A stretch of DNA of 59,955 nucleotides, filler included. It is 6 parts of 6 records of this genome, joined end to end, with 100 filler letters (N's around TTAATTAATTAA, not from the genome) between each part and the next. Parts side by side here need not be neighbours in the genome. Positions count along the whole stretch, not along the records: positions 53,129 to 59,955 come from SRR20825019_680; 5 more parts are not named here. One strand, written 5' to 3'. The translations under genes were made by a program, and so were the position numbers. This document shows positions 53,651 through 59,955 of the stretch, one piece after another. How positions within the stretch are numbered: position 1 is the stretch's first letter; each line of letters starts with the position of its first letter. The notes below the pieces were generated by a model that saw only the letters and a program-made list of their open reading frames with translations, searched no databases and was not told the origin of the DNA.

Positions 53651-54457
53651 TTGACGTTGCTGTTTGCCAAGCTTGCAGTATCAATTTCTGTTGTGCTGGG
53701 GTTATCCATCCTTGCGGAGCGTACAGGCCCGCGTGCCGCCGGGGTGCTTTCCGGATACCCGCTTGGAACGGCGATCCTGCTGTATTTCATCGGGCTGGAG
53801 CAGGGCGTTGTGTTTGCGACAGAAAGCGCCGTCTATGCCCTGCCGGGGCTGATCGCAACACTTGCCTTTCTATATGCCTATTACCTGACGTCACGGTTGT
53901 TGTCAGACCGCCGGATGATATTGCAGATACCGGCAAGTTCCGTCGCGGCCTTTGGCGCATTCATGTTCGTTTCATGGATTTGCCAGCAGATCCAGTTTAC
54001 CCGGATTTCAGGTGCCGTTACCCTGTTGGCTGCCATGATCGTCGCTCTGATACTGTTTCGGGGGATCGAGAATGTTCGCATATTGAACCGGGTGCGATTG
54101 ACCCGACGCATCGTGCTGTTTAGAGCTGTTCTTGCCGCACTGATTGTTCTTGGCATCAGCGGTATTGCGGCATGGATCGGACCGAAATGGGCCGGGCTTT
54201 TTTCAGGGTTCCCGGTGACGCTTTATCCGATGATGCTGATCCTGCATGCATCTTATGGCATTGGTCCATTGCACACGGTAATCCGTAACTTCCCAAGAGG
54301 TATGGGATCGCTTTGGATTTATATTCTTGCGGTGACGTTCACGTATCCGGTTTGGGGTATTAATGTTGGTACATTGCTTAGCTTCGCGGCAGCGACAGTT
54401 TATTTGATCGCTTATTCCACTTTGGTCTGGATGCGCGAAAAGTCCGTGCGTGTCTGA
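53651..54457 (+). CDS. Multi-pass membrane protein with internal duplication (GPxxAGxxSGxP twice)
   Basis: GGAGG RBS, TTG start; GPRAAGVLSGYP and GPKWAGLFSGFP. Confidence 0.75.
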   Translation: MTLLFAKLAVSISVVLGLSILAERTGPRAAGVLSGYPLGTAILLYFIGLEQGVVFATESAVYALPGLIATLAFLYAYYLTSRLLSDRRMILQIPASSVAAFGAFMFVSWICQQIQFTRISGAVTLLAAMIVALILFRGIENVRILNRVRLTRRIVLFRAVLAALIVLGISGIAAWIGPKWAGLFSGFPVTLYPMMLILHASYGIGPLHTVIRNFPRGMGSLWIYILAVTFTYPVWGINVGTLLSFAAATVYLIAYSTLVWMREKSVRV

Positions 54458-54528
54458 AGCCGATCCCATAATATTACAATATATCAGTTCCCAAGGCTTC
54501 AAAGCCTGTGACCGGAAGGATGATCTGC

Positions 54529-55290
54529 ATGCAGCAGGTTCAGTCATTGGTAAGGGCAATCAGCATTCTGAACACGCTTGCGGATAGCGAGTACGGGATG
54601 ACCTTGACCGAAATCGCCCATCAGGTGCATTTGCCGCCCTCTACCGTGCACCGGTTATTGACGACGATGCAGCATGAACGCTATGTCACATTCGATGGTG
54701 AACGAACGCTGTGGTCGATTGGTGTGCAGGCGTTCAGTGTGGGTAATGCCTTTACGAAAAACCGTAATCTTAGCCAGATCGCGCGCCCCTATATGCGCGC
54801 CTTGATGGAAGACAGTGGCGAAACGGTCAATCTGGCTGTGGCTGATGGCGGCGAAGTTATTTTCCTGTCGCAGGTGGAATGTCGCAAGATGATGCGGGCA
54901 TTGGTAACGCCAGGCCGCCGGGCGCTGATGCATTGCTCGGGTGTGGGGAAGGCGCTGCTTGCATTTCTGCCTGATGAAGAGGTGAATGCGGTAATCACGC
55001 AGCATGGTCTGCCAAAAATCACCGAACGTACACTGATCAGTGCCGATACGCTGAAAAGTGATCTGAACCGGTCAAGGCAGCGTGGATACGCACTTGACGA
55101 TGAAGAACATGCCATTGGCCTGCGCTGTGTTGCTGGCGTTGTACGTGATGAGACAGGACTGCCGATTGCGGCACTATCCTTGTCGGGCCCCGCTGCCCGC
55201 ATACCGAACGAACGGATTGAACAGTTCGGATTGAAAGTCCGGCGGGTTTGTGCAGATCTTAGCCGTGAATATGGCGGCAAACCGGTGTAA
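54529..55290 (+). CDS. IclR family transcriptional regulator
   Basis: VQSLVRAISIL, PSTVHRLL, GETVNL, HCSGVGKALLA, GYALDDEEH..GLRCVA. Confidence 0.95.
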   Translation: MQQVQSLVRAISILNTLADSEYGMTLTEIAHQVHLPPSTVHRLLTTMQHERYVTFDGERTLWSIGVQAFSVGNAFTKNRNLSQIARPYMRALMEDSGETVNLAVADGGEVIFLSQVECRKMMRALVTPGRRALMHCSGVGKALLAFLPDEEVNAVITQHGLPKITERTLISADTLKSDLNRSRQRGYALDDEEHAIGLRCVAGVVRDETGLPIAALSLSGPAARIPNERIEQFGLKVRRVCADLSREYGGKPV

Positions 55291-55347
55291 GATGATCAGC
55301 CCGCATTGATGTTCATGCAGGCTGATCATTAAACTTTGTATTGCGTT

Positions 55348-55992
55348 TTATAATCCCGGGCACGAAATGCCGGTTCCGCCAAGGCCGCAGTAACCATCCG
55401 GGTTCTTGTGCAGATACTGCTGATGGAAGTCTTCTGCATAGAAGAATGGCGGGGCGTCTTTGATTTCGGTTGTGATGGCATTGCGCCCGGCGGATTTGAG
55501 CGCATCAAGATATTGTTTTCTCGACGTCTCGGCGGCTTCTTTCTGTGTGTCGTTCAGGGTATAGATTACCGACCGGTACTGTGTGCCGATATCATTCCCT
55601 TGGCGCATTCCCTGGGTCGGGTCATGATTTTCCCAGAACAGGCGCAGCAATGCCTGATAGGATATCACTGTCGGATCAAAGACGATCTGCACAACTTCCG
55701 CATGGCCCGTCATGCCGCTGCAAACCTCGCGATATGTGGGGTTTTCAGTGTGGCCACCCGCGTAACCTGCTGCTGTGGTAAAGACGCCATCCTGTTTCCA
55801 GAAAAGACGCTCCGCCCCCCAGAAGCAGCCCATGCCAAAGACAGCTGTTTCAAGGTTGTCGGGAAACGGGCCGGTCATCGGATTTCCGGTAACCGCGTGA
55901 CGGTCTGCGACCTGTAATTTCTCGGCGCGACCGGGCAGGGCGGTTTCGGCAGACGGGATAGAGACTTTTTCTGGGGCGATCGAAGAGAACAT
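55348..55992 (-). CDS. msrA: Peptide methionine (S)-S-oxide reductase
   Basis: [56 protein letters not shown]. Confidence 0.97.
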   Translation of the reverse strand: MFSSIAPEKVSIPSAETALPGRAEKLQVADRHAVTGNPMTGPFPDNLETAVFGMGCFWGAERLFWKQDGVFTTAAGYAGGHTENPTYREVCSGMTGHAEVVQIVFDPTVISYQALLRLFWENHDPTQGMRQGNDIGTQYRSVIYTLNDTQKEAAETSRKQYLDALKSAGRNAITTEIKDAPPFFYAEDFHQQYLHKNPDGYCGLGGTGISCPGL

Positions 55993-56129
55993 GTCAAAAC
56001 CTGACTTGTGTTGATGGACTGACCTGCAATTTAACCCAGATCGACACTTTGGCAATTGCCTTCACGGTAAATTGTCTTTGAACATTCTTTTGGTAAGGGC
56101 CGTGCGGGACGCGATAATAAGAATACTGC

Positions 56130-56519
56130 ATGTCATTATCGCTGGAAGCCGCTGATTTGCGACGCGCAAGACATTTGAAATCATCCTTGCTGATTGGTGG
56201 CGGTGTAATCAACCTGTTCATCGGGTTCGTATTCCTGCCTCTGCCGCCACCATTTTTCGGGATGGTTTTTATTGCGATTGGCATCCCGATGCTGGCGGCT
56301 GGGTCAAAACGCACAAGGCGTTTCATCCAGTATTTGCGTTGGCGATATTACCGGCATAACACCAGAATCGAGGCGGTTCTGAAGCGCCTGCCGGGGTTTC
56401 TTCGCAGGCATGGCCGCAAGACAAGGCCGGAAGCGCTTCATAGGCACCGGTCATTCGGTCACTGGGCAGGTAAAGCATCCGGGGTGGGTATGCCACCCGA
56501 CGATAAGTCAAAACCCTGA
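56130..56519 (+). CDS. Small membrane protein (PGPGW-like helical hairpin)
   Basis: Two TM helices separated by PLPPP, basic tail. Confidence 0.6.
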   Translation: MSLSLEAADLRRARHLKSSLLIGGGVINLFIGFVFLPLPPPFFGMVFIAIGIPMLAAGSKRTRRFIQYLRWRYYRHNTRIEAVLKRLPGFLRRHGRKTRPEALHRHRSFGHWAGKASGVGMPPDDKSKP

Positions 56520-56541
56520 AGCTTTTTCCGAAGATGTGATT

Positions 56542-57870
56542 TCAGAGTTTTATGTGACGGATCAGACAGTCAATTCCGGCGCGTTTCAGGCCGCTACACG
56601 CTGATTGTGCTTCGGACTGGCTGGAGTACTGTCCGGTCATAAGACGGAAAAACAGACCTTGACCTTCAATCGCAATGCTTTGGACCTCGTGGCTTGTGCC
56701 ACGAAGGATGCCGTTGCCCATGGTTTCAAATTTTAACCAACGGGATTCAGCCATTTCACGCGAACGATAGGCCGCCAATTGCACCGCGTAATAAGAAGAA
56801 CTGCTTGTTTGAACCGGTTGAGACGCTTCTGGCTTGGGTTCCGGTTCACGGATCGAAGGTGCAGGGGCCTCAGCAATCTTTGCTGGCTCGGTTGGAATTT
56901 CCGCAGTGCTCTCTTCAGCTTGGGCTTTATTTAATGCATCCATCATTGGAACTTCGATCAAGGTGCTTTGCGATGCAGGTGTTTCATCTTCCAGTTCCAG
57001 CGTGCCGCTTTCAATGGGACGCGTTGTCGAGAGCAGAGCCTTGTTTGACGTGCTTGGCGTAACCGCATCGCCTTTGATCGTAGGTGGTGTCGTTGCCGCG
57101 GTTAGTTGCTCTGTTTGGGGGACAACAGACGGTGCAGCAATTTTCCTTGCTGGTCGGTCAACAGAGGTCAGGCGTGCTGTATTGCTGCTAACATCCATTT
57201 CCATTGCGGGACGCGCAGCCGTTGAATCCTCGGGCGGAATGTCGAGCGCGACAGTGTTTTTGTAAAAGTCGCGATTTCTTTGCACCGTCGGCGGATCGGG
57301 AAGTTCCGGGCCGGGCGCAACGATTGCCGAAGCAACCACCGCATCAATTTCGCGCGAGCGGGCAAGATCCGGATTGCTGATATCCATCGCCTTAATGCGC
57401 TTTTGTGCAAGGCTTGTGATCGTACCGATTAGCATAATGCCGTTACCGCAATTGATCGAGATTGAGGCATTCGGATCGGCTGCGGTCAACCAGAGATAAA
57501 GGCGCCGCGCCTTTGCATGTTCGTTGGCAAGATCAAGTGCCATGGCATGACGCAGGTCATCGGCCGGATTGCCCTGCAGCGATATCGGTTCTGCTGCATT
57601 GTCATTCAGGGCTTGGTTCGAAACTGTCCCGGCAGATGCATTATCAAAGAAAAGACCGCAGGCAGCACTATCGATGCCAGATGCTATTGCCGTTTGCGAT
57701 TGGCTGTCCGTATCGCTGATTTTGATTTGTTTGGACCCAGTTTCGTTGCCAAACAGCGACATCATATCGTCAGAAGAGCATCCGGAGAGCAGGGGGACGA
57801 ACAGTGCAATCGTCAGGCAGCCGTATTTCCAGCGCGACGATATGACGGATTTGGCGCTTTTATTGATCAA
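56542..57870 (-). CDS. SPOR-domain lipoprotein
   Basis: Lipobox LSGC; C-terminal YAVQLAAYRS...FFRLMTG...ACSGLKRAGIDC. Confidence 0.85.
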   Translation of the reverse strand: MINKSAKSVISSRWKYGCLTIALFVPLLSGCSSDDMMSLFGNETGSKQIKISDTDSQSQTAIASGIDSAACGLFFDNASAGTVSNQALNDNAAEPISLQGNPADDLRHAMALDLANEHAKARRLYLWLTAADPNASISINCGNGIMLIGTITSLAQKRIKAMDISNPDLARSREIDAVVASAIVAPGPELPDPPTVQRNRDFYKNTVALDIPPEDSTAARPAMEMDVSSNTARLTSVDRPARKIAAPSVVPQTEQLTAATTPPTIKGDAVTPSTSNKALLSTTRPIESGTLELEDETPASQSTLIEVPMMDALNKAQAEESTAEIPTEPAKIAEAPAPSIREPEPKPEASQPVQTSSSSYYAVQLAAYRSREMAESRWLKFETMGNGILRGTSHEVQSIAIEGQGLFFRLMTGQYSSQSEAQSACSGLKRAGIDCLIRHIKL

Positions 57871-58037
57871 TTGGCACCTGATTTCCCTTTGAGCCCCCGA
57901 AGGTCCATTGCATGGACTTCACCAATTTTGCAACCGGGCGGCACACTGTCAAGCAGTCAGAGAAAACAGATGATCGATTTATCTCAGCGTTTCGCGGGAT
58001 ATCGTCGTTTCGATACGATTAGCGGTGTTATGCACTA

Positions 58038-58442
58038 TCAGCGGTTCATCAATGGGATGACAATCCCGGCAAGAAGCACCAGAACGGTAATCGCCAGAAC
58101 GATGTTGACGATCCCCTTGCTAAACTGGTTGGCTACTTCGTGGCTGACGCCGGAATCCTTTGCGCGTGATTTTGCCGCGCTGCCATTTCCTGCACCACTT
58201 TCCTGACGGGTCAGGATTTTCACAACCTGTTTTTTGTCGCGTTTTGTGGCGTCGTCATATTTGTTTTCGACAACGCGAACTTCGGAATTGTTATTGTTGG
58301 TCAATGCGTTTTTCGCAGAATTGATCGCGCTTTGATAATCCGAAAGCGTTTCCAGGTCCATTTGCTGTCCTGTGCTGCGCACGACAACAACAGTATAACT
58401 TTTCCGCAGCACAGCGTCAGGCATGCCCAAGTCCAGTTCCAT
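58038..58442 (-). CDS. Hypothetical protein with C-terminal TM helix
   Basis: 134-aa ORF, hydrophobic C-terminus. Confidence 0.65.
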   Translation of the reverse strand: MELDLGMPDAVLRKSYTVVVVRSTGQQMDLETLSDYQSAINSAKNALTNNNNSEVRVVENKYDDATKRDKKQVVKILTRQESGAGNGSAAKSRAKDSGVSHEVANQFSKGIVNIVLAITVLVLLAGIVIPLMNR

Positions 58443-58538
58443 GTATTACCCACAAGAGGGGTAATACATGGCGATAAATGTGTGTGTTGCAAAGCTATCC
58501 TAACGAATAGTTTCGGAAGGTTTTTTTGCGGTGCAAAT

Positions 58539-59000
58539 CTATTGCGGAATTTTTGCTGACAGCTCTTTGTATTCGTCGCAATCCATACCGCAGACTTTCT
58601 CCAGTCGCGCAAGGTTTTCAAGCGCCATGTCGGGCTTTCCGGTCTGAAGGAACAGTTCGCCCTGATATTCCAAAGCACCCTTGTGTTCCGGATCAATCAT
58701 CAATGCGCGTTCGTAGTTTTGGGACGCACTTTCAAGATCGCCTGATTTCCGCTGACTATAAGCAAGATAGTTAAGGATATCGGCATTTTTCGGATCATCT
58801 TCGAGCATGCCTTCAAGGCTTGCGATAGCCGTGTCGTATTTGCCAGCATCAATCATTTCGACGACTTCGGACAGATCGGGTGTATCGCTGCCCCAACTGC
58901 TGCCGCTGCCCATCGCCAAAGCTGCGGAGGATACAGTACCCAATGCAAGCGTCATTGCCAGCGATGCAATAAAATAACGGGTTTTACCTTTGGAATTCAT
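58539..59000 (-). CDS. Secreted TPR protein
   Basis: Signal peptide, DPKNADILNYLAYS.RK.G, ALEYQGELFL, CGMDC. Confidence 0.85.
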   Translation of the reverse strand: MNSKGKTRYFIASLAMTLALGTVSSAALAMGSGSSWGSDTPDLSEVVEMIDAGKYDTAIASLEGMLEDDPKNADILNYLAYSQRKSGDLESASQNYERALMIDPEHKGALEYQGELFLQTGKPDMALENLARLEKVCGMDCDEYKELSAKIPQ

Positions 59001-59201
59001 TGTCGCTACCTTTTCCTTAAAAAACATATGCACCAGATACGTTGGGGGCTTGGGATCAGTTTCGGATTTAGCACAACTTTGCGTTAAGTGCAGTCACGAG
59101 TTGGTGAAAGAACTATATTCCAAAGCCCTGGATTATCTGGCGATTGTCAAACGAGTATTGAAACCTTTGGTTCTGCTGTGCCGTCCTGAAATACGCAAAA
59201 T

Positions 59202-59234
59202 GCAAAGGCCCGCAATAAAACATGCGGGCCTTTG
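59202..59234. terminator. Terminator downstream of thrS
   Basis: GCAAAGGCCCGCA-ATAAAACA-TGCGGGCCTTTGT. Confidence 0.75.
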
Positions 59235-59261
59235 TGGTTTTGCCTTGAAGTGGGCAGGCGA

Positions 59262-59955
59262 TCAGAAATTGGCTTCGATTACGCGATCACGGATTTCGGT
59301 CGCCATGTTTTCGGCCAGCTCATCAATCCCCATGGTTTTCTGATGCTGAAAACCGAGACGACGGACCGACGCTGTTTTTTCCTCTGCTTCGCGTTTGCCA
59401 AGAGCAAGGATCAGCGGGATTTTCGCGTGGCTGTGTTCGCGAACCTTGTAGCTGATCTTCTCATTTCGAAGGTCAAGCTCAACATTCAAACCTTTGGCCT
59501 GAAGTGCTTTTTTGACGTCTTCTGCGTAGCTATCGGCTTCGTTGGTGATCGAGCAGATCACGGCATGAACAGGTGACAGCCAAAGCGGCAGGCGGCCGGC
59601 ATAGTTTTCGATCAGAATGCCAATGAAGCGTTCGAGCGAGCCAAGGATCGCGCGATGCAGCATGACCGGACGGTGCTTTTCACCATCTTCGCCCATATAG
59701 GACGCGTCAAGGCGTTCAGGTAGTACGAAGTCGGCCTGAAGCGTGCCACACTGCCAGTCACGACCAATCGCATCACGCAGAACAAACTCAAGCTTCGGCC
59801 CATAGAACGCGCCTTCGCCCGGGTTAATTTCAAGCGTCAGACCAGCTTCTTCGGCGGCTTCGCGAAGGGCGGCTTCTGCCTTGTCCCAGATTTCATCAGA
59901 ACCGGCACGGACTTCCGGACGGTCCGAGAATTTGACGAGGATGTCGGTAAAGCCG
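59262..59955 (-). CDS. thrS: Threonyl-tRNA synthetase, C-terminal part (5' end beyond window)
   Basis: [50 protein letters not shown]. Confidence 0.97.
   Translation of the reverse strand, partial: GFTDILVKFSDRPEVRAGSDEIWDKAEAALREAAEEAGLTLEINPGEGAFYGPKLEFVLRDAIGRDWQCGTLQADFVLPERLDASYMGEDGEKHRPVMLHRAILGSLERFIGILIENYAGRLPLWLSPVHAVICSITNEADSYAEDVKKALQAKGLNVELDLRNEKISYKVREHSHAKIPLILALGKREAEEKTASVRRLGFQHQKTMGIDELAENMATEIRDRVIEANF

Overview
The window is a concatenation of six unrelated contigs joined by artificial 100-bp N/TTAATTAATTAA spacers (16097-16196, 31717-31816, 38857-38956, 46683-46782, 53029-53128), so no synteny should be read across spacers. Taxon labels below are inferred from gene content. 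Contig 1 (1-16096; Verrucomicrobia/Opitutae-like): housekeeping genes (RND adaptor, MarR/LysR, tag, K+ channel, korAB, WYL regulator, EVE, PIN/TRAM), a PEP-CTERM gene between tRNA-Asp and tRNA-Arg, and dense clusters of several different REP-like palindromes. Contig 2 (16197-31716; marine alphaproteobacterium): acyl-CoA dehydrogenase, a glycosyltransferase with polypeptide-GalNAc-transferase-like motifs, a possible inactivated HEPN-like protein with a histone-H1-like tail, a PabB-PabC fusion behind a multi-hairpin leader, and a TtpC/TonB2-type operon. Contig 3 (31817-38856): a compact methylated-amine cluster (dmmABC, tmm, tdm, amt end plus an unannotated small membrane protein). Contig 4 (38957-46682): yra-type cluster (BON, YraN, RsmI, LpoA), nth, and a SirB1 gene that appears to start at ATT. 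Contig 5 (46783-53028; very GC-rich): regulatory and leading region of an alphaproteobacterial ICE. It holds traI, an FseA-like activator split by a variant +1 frameshift site, qseM/qseC with operators, a 176-nt fold-back element before ardC, a 67-aa peptide ending in the beta-clamp motif QLDLF, DUF2958 and a ParB-like gene. Contig 6 (53129-59955): IclR, msrA, SPOR and TPR proteins, thrS end. The strongest leads are the ICE frameshift and leading-region module (putative ssDNA promoter plus clamp-binding peptide), the GT27-like transferase and the HEPN-like/H1-tail protein.
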